Source: an uncultured Methylomirabilota bacterium
Lineage (GTDB): Bacteria > Methylomirabilota > Methylomirabilia > Methylomirabilales > 2-02-FULL-66-22
DNA length: 64,000 nucleotides
Direction of reading: 5' to 3'
Assembly (NCBI GenBank): GCA_963705305.1
Contig: OY970067.1
Span: forward strand, 1,664,001 to 1,728,000
Under the pieces are notes generated by a model. That model saw only the letters and a list, made by a program, of their open reading frames with translations. It was not told the DNA's origin and made no database searches. Both the position numbers and the translations under genes were made by a program. Positions 20,293-30,258 of this stretch are shown here, piece by piece (the stretch's first letter is position 1; each line of letters opens with the position of its first letter).

Positions 20293-21200
20293 TTGGGCAC
20301 AGCGCAAGTGCTCCCGGCCCCGCAGAGGCCCTAGCAGAATCCCTACACGGAGCCCCGCATCGGGAGCATTCGGCGGGAATGCCTGGATCACATGATCGTC
20401 TTCAGCGAGGATCACTGTCACCTCGACCTGGGGCGGTGCGTTGCGCATTATCGGCGCTGGCGGACGCACCTATCGTTGACCATGGATGCGCCAGACGAAC
20501 ACCCGGTGCAGCCACTCGAGCACGGTGCCGTCGTCGCGGTCCCGGAAGTGGGGTGGGTTCCATCACCACTATGAACGACGGACACTTTGAGGCCGAGGGT
20601 AAGATGGGTTTTCCGGAAGGGCAGGTTCGGGCATGGCGCAAGTACTTACGGTCCCACGGAGTCCGTGGCAGAATCCGTATACGGAGCGGGTGATCGGGAG
20701 GATTCGGCGAAAATGCCTGGACCACGTAATCGTGTTTAGCGAAGGGCATCTCCGCCGCCTTGTCGCGAGATACGCCGATTTTTATCACCCCTGGCGGACG
20801 CACCTGGCCTTGGATATGGATGCTCCAAATGGCGGCCGGTACAGCCACCGGATCAGGACGCCATCGTCGCGGTCCCAGAGGTAAATGGGTTACATCACCA
20901 CTATGAACGGCGAGCCGCATAAGGGCCGACGTGCGATGGGCATTCGGGAAGGACAGTTTGCGCTGGAGGCCGATTCTGGTAATCAGCTGAATCTCTTCGA
21001 GTAACGTTGGGGCAGCAGTGCGGCTCACTGTCTGGAAATGGCAGGAGCAGTACAAGGCCCAGCGGTCCAAACATTTTAGGTTCAGTAAAAAGTTGAATAG
21101 ACCACTCTGCCGGCAAAGAGCATCGCTGCCAGCGCATGTGTATCAATTTCGGCAGGAATTCAACCATTGGACCATACTATGAGCGCCGAACCTGCCGGGG
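20293..21200 (+). mobile_element. Tandem 3' remnants of an integrase-core-domain transposase
   Basis: Two degenerate copies (20293-20624, 20626-20956) of QVLT..PWQNPYTERVIG..CLDHVIV..RTHL.L.MDAP..HHHYERRAA, each ending GATGGG..GGAAGG.CAG, plus a short third trace at ~21150-21200. Confidence 0.75.
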
Positions 21201-21366
21201 TATACCGATGGATGACAATCTCTCCAGCATTCAGGGAAATCCACCACGACGGAGACGCCACCATCCGTTCTTGAGTCAGCAGGGATTCTTGTCGATGCCC
21301 TTCATGCTCAGCATTGCGAGCTAAGGTTTAGGTCACGATCGTTGCGCTACAGAGTTCCCCTATGAA

Positions 21367-22131
21367 TCACATAGCGGTGAATCCCCCATCAACCACAAAG
21401 ACTCCCCCTGTGCAATAGCTCGCTTCTTCTGAGGCAAGGAAGGCCACAACAGGAGCGATTTCATCAAACCGGCCGAGTCGCCCCATAGGGATTTTCGCCC
21501 TTAGCCGGCTTTCTCGAGCGAACAAGTCTAGTTCTTCGCTATCCGGCGGCCGCTCCAATGCTCCAGGAGCGACGATGTTACATCGGATCCCTTGAGGTGC
21601 ATATTGCACCGCGAGCGCACGCACGAACGCATGGAGCGCCCCCTTGCTCGCCGTGTATGCGGGATTTTGCGGCGTGGAGGCACTGAGGGCCGCGATCGAG
21701 CCCGTGACTACAACCGCCCCCCCTTGGCCTTGGGCGAGCATTTGCCGAATCCCTGCACGGCAAGCAAGAAAGACGCCGCGTACATTTACTGCCTGCGTAT
21801 CCTCCCACGCGCCTAGGGTCTGCTCGTGGATCGGCCGGTCACGGGTGTGAAGTTGTATGCCAGCGTTGGCAATGAGGATGTCCAGACGTCCAAATTTCTG
21901 AACCGCGGCGGTTACCGCGCCCTGCACATCATTTTCGTTCGAAACATCACCTACGATTTTGAGAGCTTGCCCACCCGTCTTTTGCACATCTTGGGCGGTG
22001 GCTTCGACTGTGCTGCCCGTGCGGCCCATAGCCACAATTGCCGCTCCCTCCTGCGTCAAACACAATGCTGTTGCCCGACCAATACCGCTGCCAGCGCCTG
22101 TAATCAATGCTACTTTGTTTTCAAATCGCAT
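21367..22131 (-). CDS. SDR-family oxidoreductase
   Basis: Motifs TGAGSGIG, ANAG, YTASK and VDGG. Confidence 0.92.
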   Translation of the reverse strand: MRFENKVALITGAGSGIGRATALCLTQEGAAIVAMGRTGSTVEATAQDVQKTGGQALKIVGDVSNENDVQGAVTAAVQKFGRLDILIANAGIQLHTRDRPIHEQTLGAWEDTQAVNVRGVFLACRAGIRQMLAQGQGGAVVVTGSIAALSASTPQNPAYTASKGALHAFVRALAVQYAPQGIRCNIVAPGALERPPDSEELDLFARESRLRAKIPMGRLGRFDEIAPVVAFLASEEASYCTGGVFVVDGGFTAM

Positions 22132-22589
22132 CGCATTATTCACATGTGTCCTCATCGAAGACCCGACCTTTTCAGGCCCCAGGATGATGGGCTCGACTGT
22201 CCGCCTTGGAGTGCACCGCACCCGGGAAGTCGAGCTGCCCGCCCACGCTTTTTAGCTTCCACCTCGTCTGCCGACGAAGTGACGCCTAACACAAAAGCAT
22301 GAACTCCTTTTACCTGGTCCCAGGCCGCCATCTATTGAGGGCCCTCCCAGTTTCGCGCGAAAAGCCGAAGATGTAAACACTGAGGTGCGGCATGTATCGC
22401 TTACAAGCTCGTTGTTGTTAGTACGGGCAGTAGAAAGTGAACTTAAGTGGCATCTCCACGTGTGCGTACGCACCGGTGATCATTCAGTGCTTTCACCCTC
22501 TCGCACTCGGCGTACACGCGACACGCTCTAAGGCGAAAACGCGACAAAATGATATTGCCGATTGCGACCGAGCTCGATGAGGTTGGCAC

Positions 22590-23504
22590 CTAACTGGTCT
22601 TGGTAAGGCGCTTCTTCACCTCCACCCCGGCTAGTTGTTCGAGGACCTTGGCCACGGCCGAGTCATCCTCACGCGCCAGTCCTGCCACCATACCCGCCTG
22701 GTAGGCCATGTAGGCCATAGGGGCCAGTAGTAGCGGTGTCTTTGTGTCACGCGCTGCCTCCAGCACGATCCCCATGTCTTTGTGCAGGATTTCGAGTGCG
22801 CCGCGATTGGTGAAATCTCGCGCCATCAGGCGATCCACCCGGTTGCGAAAGGCCCATGAGTCACCGGTGCCGTGGCTGATCACCTCATATACGAGCTCGG
22901 GGTCTAATCCCAACTTCGCTGCTAGCACCATCGCCTCGGAGGCGGCGACCTCGTGGATACTCATCAGCATCTGGTTGATCATTTTCAGCGCTTGGCCAGA
23001 GCCCACCTCCTCGCCAGCGTAGTAGAGGTGCTTGCCCATCGTCTCCAGGACCGGACGCGCCGCCTCGATTGCCTCCGGTGGACCGCTCAGCATCAAAGTC
23101 AGTGTTCCGTCCTTAGCGCGGAGCCAGCCCCCGCTCACGGGCGAGTCAACATAACGCGCCCCTGTCGGCACTACCAGGGAGGCCAGATGCCTAGCCTGGG
23201 CGGGCGAGATAGTACTCATCCCGATCACGGTCTTGCCAGGACCCAGCCCCCCCAGGGCGCCCTCCTCACCCGCCAATACCGTCTCCGCCTGTAAGTGATT
23301 TAGAACCATCATCACCAACACGTCGCTCTTGGCTGCTGCCTCCCGCGAGGACGACGCCACATCAGCTCCGGCCGTCGCTAGCTCTGCCATGGGTTCTGGG
23401 CGGAGGTCGTAGACCAATAGCGGTAACCCCGCCCTGCGCACGCTCAAAGCCATCCACTTGCCGATAGCTCCCAGTCCAATGAAACCGACCTTTGGTTGAC
23501 CCAT
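22590..23504 (-). CDS. NAD(P)-dependent beta-hydroxyacid dehydrogenase (3-hydroxyisobutyrate/L-threonate dehydrogenase family)
   Basis: Motifs GFIGLGAIG, DSPVSGG, GSGQALKMINQ and KDM. Confidence 0.9.
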   Translation of the reverse strand: MGQPKVGFIGLGAIGKWMALSVRRAGLPLLVYDLRPEPMAELATAGADVASSSREAAAKSDVLVMMVLNHLQAETVLAGEEGALGGLGPGKTVIGMSTISPAQARHLASLVVPTGARYVDSPVSGGWLRAKDGTLTLMLSGPPEAIEAARPVLETMGKHLYYAGEEVGSGQALKMINQMLMSIHEVAASEAMVLAAKLGLDPELVYEVISHGTGDSWAFRNRVDRLMARDFTNRGALEILHKDMGIVLEAARDTKTPLLLAPMAYMAYQAGMVAGLAREDDSAVAKVLEQLAGVEVKKRLTKTS

Positions 23505-23972
23505 AGAATGCCCCTTCTCATATAGTCGTACCAGTCCGGTAGTCGAACTTTTCCGATCTCGAGTCAAACCGTGCCTTGATTACCGCTCCGATGAAAAGTG
23601 AGCTCCATCAATGGCTACGCCTCGCCACTGACCGTGCCGATGCCCTCACCGGACACCAGTGCCCGCAAAAATACTACTTCTTGAAGCGGACGATTGTATA
23701 TCCATCGTCCGGTATTACTAGTCCTAACTTTGGTAATGAATTCAGTATCCTACCGGCCCACGTCTACACGCACTGGACCTCGTCGAAAACCAGCCAGCTT
23801 TGCTCCAAAACCTCCGCTCCACACAGGACAGGGTGCAGCGTGGAGTCGGTAATCATCCATGCTTCCGGACCTCGGGGGCTGCGACAACTGAACTCGGCTG
23901 GCTCACACGTCCAAGGCGCTTGACGTACTCGAGCTGTCCCGGGATTTGCGCGTCGATTTCCAGCTCAAGGCG

Positions 23973-24837
23973 CTACCCTGGAAAATGACATGCCGCCAGG
24001 ACCTCACGAACCTCGCCGTCGGTTAAGCGAACGTAATCATGGGCCATGACTTCAGCCAGCATGGCCGAAGTCCAGAACGTCGTAACCTGGGGTGGCGTCG
24101 AATATCCATTTCTCCAACGCCGGCTCTATAATCACATTTGGGATAAAACGCCAACCGATGTCCCAAACCACTTCTGGCGACTCACACATAAAGACCAATT
24201 TGCCCTGATATTTCCCTTGTACGAGATAGACGTTCGGACAGGTATAGTATACTTTCCAGCCCAGGTTAGCTAGTGCTAACTCGGCGTGACGCTGGATCAC
24301 GTCGGGATGGACGGATGTATGGACGTTGATATGCGTGTGTCCCGTTGTAGGCTTGACTGGAAAGTCTAGACCCTTGCGAAAGTGATCGGACCTGAAGTAT
24401 GCTTCGACTGCTTTCTCCTCAGCTGGCCCTGGGGCCCGGAAAGGAAATTGTCGACAGAACTGATTGATGTACCAGCGATTCCAGATGAGCAGATTGCAAC
24501 CCGACTCGCCCCCCTCACAGGCACGAAGGCCAACGTCGGCCTTGAAAAACCACTGATAGTCGAAGTGCGGCTTCCCCTTCGGCTCCACGCCATGGAGGCT
24601 GCCCATTCCGGCTTTAGGAGACATATGGTCTATCTTCCGTGAAGACGGCCAACCCATCCGATCAAAGTAGCCACACATGATCCGCTCGAGTGAATCAGGA
24701 TGGATTGACGTATCGACATAGGTGTGGATATGCGTCCCCGTTGGATCGGGATCCTGTAGCGCGGCACAAATCCTGCGCCAGTGATCCGACGATGCAAAAT
24801 ATTCCTTTGCCTCATTGAGGATAGCCTGCCTGTTCAT
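23973..24837 (-). CDS. Uncharacterised tandem-HxH protein, paralogue X1 (one-base frameshift near the 3' end)
   Basis: Clear homology to three other ORFs in this window. Removing one base at 24075-24081 restores the family C-terminus WTSAMLAEVMAHDYVRLTDGEV. GAAAGGGG upstream. Confidence 0.85.
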
Positions 24838-24953
24838 GTGTGCCCCCTTTCAATAACCATAGACATTGCGGAACTGACAAGAGATGCTGTCACGTAAGTC
24901 ACGTCTCACCACCAAGAGTTACTTAACCCTCGAAAACGCCAAACGCAGACCCT

Positions 24954-26294
24954 TTATCCTCCGTAGATACGCTGCAGTTGTTCGGCTCCCCACCTAATGG
25001 CCGACAGAGCGTCGCCGGATTGGACAGCCCGCGCAAAAGTGTCAACCACGATATACTTCGAAAAGGCCAGCGAAGCCTTTTCGTTGGCGGGGCCAGCATA
25101 ACCAATGTCGCGGCCGAACTTCGGCACGTCCCGGAAAACTGACATCTTCGGGTCCTTATCCCACATCGGGTCATCCGCATATTTTTTCGTGGTGGCAAGT
25201 TGATAACCGTCCTGAAGGCGTAACCATTCGCCGTACTGCTCATCCTGGAACCACCACTTCAGGAATTCCCTGGCCGCTGGGATATTCCTCGAGCTCTTCA
25301 AAATGCCAAAGGTCCGACTACCGAGCCAGTAAAAACGACCTGCAGGCCCTTTCGGAAAGAGCATATGATTCATATCCTGTGCGATCTCGGGCCTGTCCTT
25401 TTTGGCGGCAAAGTAAATGCTGGAGGCGTTTATGGTAGCCGACAGTTGCCCCGCCAGGAATGCGCGGTTATTGTTGCTGTCGTCCCAAGAGGTGCCGGTC
25501 TTGTCATAGCCGTCATTCCAAGCCTGGATGAAGCTTTTCATCCCGTCAACAAACTCCGGCTTGTTGAATAGGACCGTTTTGCCATCCCTATCCACTTCCA
25601 TGGCACCGTAAGACCACAGGTATGGATAGCAAAAACACGGCGGGTCCCCCATGCTGTGACCCAAGGCTTGGCCAGCCGGATGCCCATTTGCCCTACATTT
25701 TTTGACGATGGCATGATACTCATCCCACGTGAAATCTAATTTCCTGCCATCCTCTGCATACGGGACCCCGGCATCCTTGAACCAACTAATCCGGTAATTT
25801 ACAGAGTTGTTGTTCTGACCATGGGGAATGCCCAGATACCTTCCATTCACTCTGGCAGAATTTAATACATAAGGTTCGAAGCCTCCCCCTCGGCGACCGA
25901 CTTCCTCAGCTTCCTCTGTCATATCGACTAAATTGTCCCTGTAGAGGAAGTTCCAGCCGGGCCAGAGTTCCGCGATGTCAATGCCTCCGCCATAAATAGC
26001 TGCAGCAACTTTGGACTGCACATCTGGCCAGTTTATGAAATCGGCCATCACCGAAACACCACTATCCCGGCCCCATTTTTGTGCCTGGCTCTTATAAAGC
26101 TCTTGAGCGGGTGCAATGAAGTATGACGCTTGCAAGATGGTAAGCCGGGTCCCTTTAATCAGTGCAGGCGCCTGTGCAAACGTCTTGCCCGGGATTCCGC
26201 TCGCCGTTAGATAGCCCAGGCCAGCCAATCCAGTCTTGATGAACTCTCGTCGCCCCACTTTCCAATTCGGTCTCGAGTTCGATAGGGCTTTCAT
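24954..26294 (-). CDS. Carbohydrate (CUT1) ABC substrate-binding protein, Tat-exported
   Basis: GRREFIK twin-arginine motif; LWSYGA, WDDSNNNRAFLAG and PKGPAG; paralogous to the SBPs at 34616 and 51491. Confidence 0.88.
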   Translation of the reverse strand: MKALSNSRPNWKVGRREFIKTGLAGLGYLTASGIPGKTFAQAPALIKGTRLTILQASYFIAPAQELYKSQAQKWGRDSGVSVMADFINWPDVQSKVAAAIYGGGIDIAELWPGWNFLYRDNLVDMTEEAEEVGRRGGGFEPYVLNSARVNGRYLGIPHGQNNNSVNYRISWFKDAGVPYAEDGRKLDFTWDEYHAIVKKCRANGHPAGQALGHSMGDPPCFCYPYLWSYGAMEVDRDGKTVLFNKPEFVDGMKSFIQAWNDGYDKTGTSWDDSNNNRAFLAGQLSATINASSIYFAAKKDRPEIAQDMNHMLFPKGPAGRFYWLGSRTFGILKSSRNIPAAREFLKWWFQDEQYGEWLRLQDGYQLATTKKYADDPMWDKDPKMSVFRDVPKFGRDIGYAGPANEKASLAFSKYIVVDTFARAVQSGDALSAIRWGAEQLQRIYGG

Positions 26295-26492
26295 GGAGGC
26301 CCTCCCTGTTAACCCATTTCAAAAAGGTTAATGGGAACCAATGGGGACGCATATCACATAGAACGCCTCTCACCCCCTTTCGGATAATCGGAATCCGTAG
26401 CTTCGTCCTCTCCGTACCCAAATATCAATAAATAGAAAAATTTCGATAGCATTTACTCGCCCCCTGCCGTGGTCTCCATTTCATCTCCTGAA

Positions 26493-27530
26493 TTACCCGA
26501 TGTCGAAGAGGATCTTGCCGCACTTGCCCGAGCGGGCCGTTTCAAAGGCCTTTTCGAACTCCTCCATGGGGAAATGATGGGTGAGCACGGGCGAGATGTC
26601 GATGTTGCCCGAGTCGAGGATGTCCGCCGCCTCGGTCCAGGTCGAGAACATGGTCCGGCCGGTGATCCCGTATACCGTCGCCTCCTTGTAAATCACGTCA
26701 TTCACGAGATCGAGTTCCACGGTATTGTTGAAGAGCCCGACCAGGGACACGGAGCCGCCTCGGCGCAGGGCTTTGAGGCCCGTCTGGCAGGCTTCGCCGT
26801 TGCCCGAAAGCTCCACGAAGATGTCCACCCCGAACTCTCCAGTGGCCTTCATGATTTCCTTGACCACGTCAACCTTTTGGGGGTTCAGGACGACGTCCGC
26901 GCCCATCCGGCGGGCCAGCGCCAGCCGTTCCTCGCTGACGTCCGACGAGAAGATCTTCATGGCGCCGCTCATCCTGGCCACCGCGAGGGCGAACAGGCCA
27001 ATGGGGCCGGCCCCGGTGATCAGGACCCGCTTTCCCGCGACCTTGTGCCGGGTCAAGGAGTGGACGCCGATTCCAAAGGGTTCATAGACCGCGCCAATAT
27101 CGGGGGACGTGGCGGGCGAGAGCTTCCAGGCGCATATCTCCGGGATGGCGGCATACTCGCTGAAGGTGCCGGTCGTGTGCACGCCGATGATCTTCATGTC
27201 CCGGCAGACGTGCATCAGTCCGGTGTTGCACTGAAAGCAGACCTCGCAGGGGATGTGGGTTTCCACAGCCACGAGGTCGCCCTTCTTCAGGCGCTTGGTG
27301 TTCTTCCCCACCTCGACGACCTCGCCACAGAACTCATGCCCAAAGATCATGGGGAGCTTCAGGCGCTGCTGAGCGTAGGCGGTCCAGAAATAAATGTGGA
27401 TATCCGTCCCGCAAATGGCCGCTCGCTTCACCTTCACCAGGACCTCGGTGTCCCGGATGCCGGGGACCTCGACTTCCCTGAGGACGGCGCCCGTCTGCGG
27501 TGTTTCCTTGATCAAGGCCTTCATTTTCAT
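26493..27530 (-). CDS. tdh: L-threonine 3-dehydrogenase-like Zn-dependent dehydrogenase
   Basis: Motifs ICGTDIHIY, GHEF, ETHIPC..C..C...C, GAGPIG and YGITGR.MF.TW. Confidence 0.82.
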   Translation of the reverse strand: MKMKALIKETPQTGAVLREVEVPGIRDTEVLVKVKRAAICGTDIHIYFWTAYAQQRLKLPMIFGHEFCGEVVEVGKNTKRLKKGDLVAVETHIPCEVCFQCNTGLMHVCRDMKIIGVHTTGTFSEYAAIPEICAWKLSPATSPDIGAVYEPFGIGVHSLTRHKVAGKRVLITGAGPIGLFALAVARMSGAMKIFSSDVSEERLALARRMGADVVLNPQKVDVVKEIMKATGEFGVDIFVELSGNGEACQTGLKALRRGGSVSLVGLFNNTVELDLVNDVIYKEATVYGITGRTMFSTWTEAADILDSGNIDISPVLTHHFPMEEFEKAFETARSGKCGKILFDIG

Positions 27531-27596
27531 CGGAGACTCCTTTCAGCCCAGGATCGATTGGCGGCGTTTCAGACCCACGGGAAAAAGGACTTCCCC

Positions 27597-27875
27597 CTAC
27601 TCCACGGACTCAAGTCCAAGGTAATCATAGAGGCCTACCGGAAAATCTGGAGTTAGCTGTGTTCCGCTCGCGGATGTCTTCTTACGTCTTACTTGCTTGC
27701 CAACAGCCCCCTTCTCAGCCCTGCGTATCCCGCACTCTTCCTCTTGCTCTGAAGAATCCATCCCAAGGTAATCAAAGGGGCCCACTGGAGTCTCCACGGG
27801 TTGGTGGGCTGTTTTTTGGGATGCTTTTTTGCTCCTCGCCGGCCTGCCAGAGCGTGAGTCACGCTGCCGTTTCAT
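27597..27875 (-). CDS. Small hypothetical protein with a duplicated PVGxxDYLG motif
   Basis: GGAGG RBS upstream; PVGPFDYLGMDS and PVGLYDYLGLES within 92 aa. Confidence 0.5.
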   Translation of the reverse strand: MKRQRDSRSGRPARSKKASQKTAHQPVETPVGPFDYLGMDSSEQEEECGIRRAEKGAVGKQVRRKKTSASGTQLTPDFPVGLYDYLGLESVE

Positions 27876-28308
27876 TCAAGCCCTCCATGGGCGTTGTACA
27901 GCCCCTTTCTTCGCCCAGCTGTCTCTGTAAGAAATAAACAATAATACTATGATCCGATCGCGTCGACGCGTCAACACGAAAGCTTGCGTCACGGTTTTGG
28001 CTAATCAACACGGGCAAGAAGGAGACATTAAAATTCTGTGGAGACACCCTGAAAATAGAAGATCCCAGGTCCAATCCAAGTGGACGGCAGATTCGAGCTC
28101 TAACCATTCCTAGAGAAAAAAGGGCGAGAGAAAATAACTCAGCCCAATAGGGGGAGCGGCTCCTTTCCTGTTCTCTCTTCCTTAAACTGTTCGGTTACAG
28201 CCTCAACCGCTCGTGCACTTTCTGCCCTCCATCCGGACTTACGCCCATGTCAAATTCGGACTCCTCTATCTCCTTGGCTCAGCCTCCCCATAAGTTGAGA
28301 TCTCTTCA

Positions 28309-28923
28309 TCACAGTTGCCTTCGGTGGCCGCCATGACCTCTTCGGATGTCGGGAGTCCTGCCTTTCTTGGCGGGGACGCCTTCTGCCTTCGCTTTCACAG
28401 CCTCCTGGACAGCGTTCTGGATGGCGGCAGGCGTCAGGCCGCAGCGCGCTTTGATCTCCTCGGCCGTCCCGGACTCGCCGAACACAGCCCTTACTCCGAT
28501 TCTCTTTGTCTGGACAGGACATTTCTCGGAGATCAATTCCGCGACGGCACCGCCCAGTCCACCCAGAATGTTGCCATCTTCGACCGTCACAAGAGCCCCC
28601 GTTTCTTGGGCGGCCGACACCACAGCCTTTTCATCCAGGGGCTTGATCGTGTGTAGGTCCAGCACCCGTGCACCGATCCCACGGGCCTCGAGCATCCCTG
28701 CTGCCAGGATGGCGTTATGGACGAAGATGCCTGTTGCCAAAATCGCCACGTCCGCTCCCTCACGGTTGCGACTAATCACTCCAAGCCTCGCCCCGGGACT
28801 CATCGTCAGCTCGCCGCGCAGGACGCGCGGTTCGCCGTTTGCCGCAACAGAGCTAACCTCGATAGTGTGCCCCACATTGATCGCAATCAGCAACCGGTCG
28901 ATTCCACTTCGGTCTGAACTCAT
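28309..28923 (-). pseudogene. Transketolase C-terminal domain fragment with an unrelated (possibly PfkB-like) N-terminus
   Basis: REGADVAILATG, LHTIKPLD, GGLGGAVAE and FGESG are present; the pyrimidine-binding domain is missing. Confidence 0.75.
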
Positions 28924-29013
28924 TGCACATTCCGCCGTCCGATCTCCGTCCCCTAGGCGCGGCCGAGCCCAACGAACTAACTATTCTGCTCGATCCATAA
29001 ACCCTTCCGCGCC

Positions 29014-29913
29014 TCATTGTTTACGTGTCAAAGTCTTTTGCGTCTCCCTTACCCTCCTGAAGTCGCGATATAGCAGTGTAAAGTCACTGTCCTTCATTCC
29101 ACAGTCGACCGCTGCCTTAAGAAAAGCGAGCGTCTCCCTTCCATATGTGGCATCTGCGCTCACGCGATCGGCCAATGATACAGCCATAGAAAGATCTTTG
29201 TAGAGATTATATACACGCGATCTGCCATCCCACTGTTTCGAAAGAATGTGGCGCGGGAAGCGAACTTGGCTGATATAGCTCCTTGCATTCCCGTGGTTGA
29301 AGACGGTAATGACATCCTTAACATCGATTCGACACCTTTTGGCTATATTGCACCCTTCACACGTGACTAGGAAAATTGTATGGCATACCAGGTTATGAAT
29401 GAGTTTCATAGTGTGACCAGCTCCGCTGTTACCTAGGAAGAAAATGTTGCTAGCAAAGGGAGCTAGGAATTTGCGCGTACGACGAAACGCACTCAATTTT
29501 CCTCCGACCATCAACGTGAGGGTTCCTTCTTTAGCAGCCTGAGCCCCTCCGCTCATTCCGACATCGAAATATTCGACACCCCGCCTAGCCGTCATTCGAG
29601 CCAGTCGACGGGAATTCAACGGATCCGATGTCGTCATATCGTACAGGACGAGCTGGTGATGAGCATTGGCGAGAATCCCGTCTTCTCCAATTAACATTCG
29701 TTCAATCTCAGCGCCCCCCGGGACCACAAGAAACACCGCTCCACAACGATACGCCATCTGAGACGGCGTTGATATCGTAACCCCTGGTTTCTGCCGCCAT
29801 ACCTTCAGGGCTCGTTGGGCAATGTCCCACACCTCAATCTCATAGCCAGCTCTCCGGAGGTTCTGAGCGATGCCTCGACCCATATTCCCCACTCCAACAA
29901 CCCCTAGCCTCAT
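29014..29913 (-). CDS. NAD(P)-dependent beta-hydroxyacid dehydrogenase
   Basis: Motifs GVVGVGNMG, DVGMSGG, GAGHTMKLIHN and KDL. Confidence 0.88.
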   Translation of the reverse strand: MRLGVVGVGNMGRGIAQNLRRAGYEIEVWDIAQRALKVWRQKPGVTISTPSQMAYRCGAVFLVVPGGAEIERMLIGEDGILANAHHQLVLYDMTTSDPLNSRRLARMTARRGVEYFDVGMSGGAQAAKEGTLTLMVGGKLSAFRRTRKFLAPFASNIFFLGNSGAGHTMKLIHNLVCHTIFLVTCEGCNIAKRCRIDVKDVITVFNHGNARSYISQVRFPRHILSKQWDGRSRVYNLYKDLSMAVSLADRVSADATYGRETLAFLKAAVDCGMKDSDFTLLYRDFRRVRETQKTLTRKQ

Positions 29914-30258
29914 GGACCCCACGAGTCACCCCCCGAGCGAATCACGGCATGGCAGCAAGTCTGCTGCTCATCTTCGGAGATGTTAGCCTCGCCCATGCCA
30001 AGATCGAGCCCCGCGTAGGTGCAAACACGAATAGGAGGCAATCCCTCAAGGCGTAACCACGATTTCCCAATGATGGGCAATACCACACACTCACGAAATA
30101 TTGGACGAAGAGAGGGTGCCCATCTGATTTGCTCTGGCTGGAAATGGGATGTCGTCGGTACCGCTGACCGGACAAACCATGCAGGTTCGCCACTGGCGAA
30201 GGGAGGAATCTGGGCCGGGCGAAGTATTTCGGAAACAAAGGACTTCTGCTGGTGAAGC

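Noticed and set aside
26469..27656. 395-aa plus-strand ORF
   Set aside because: Antisense shadow of tdh.
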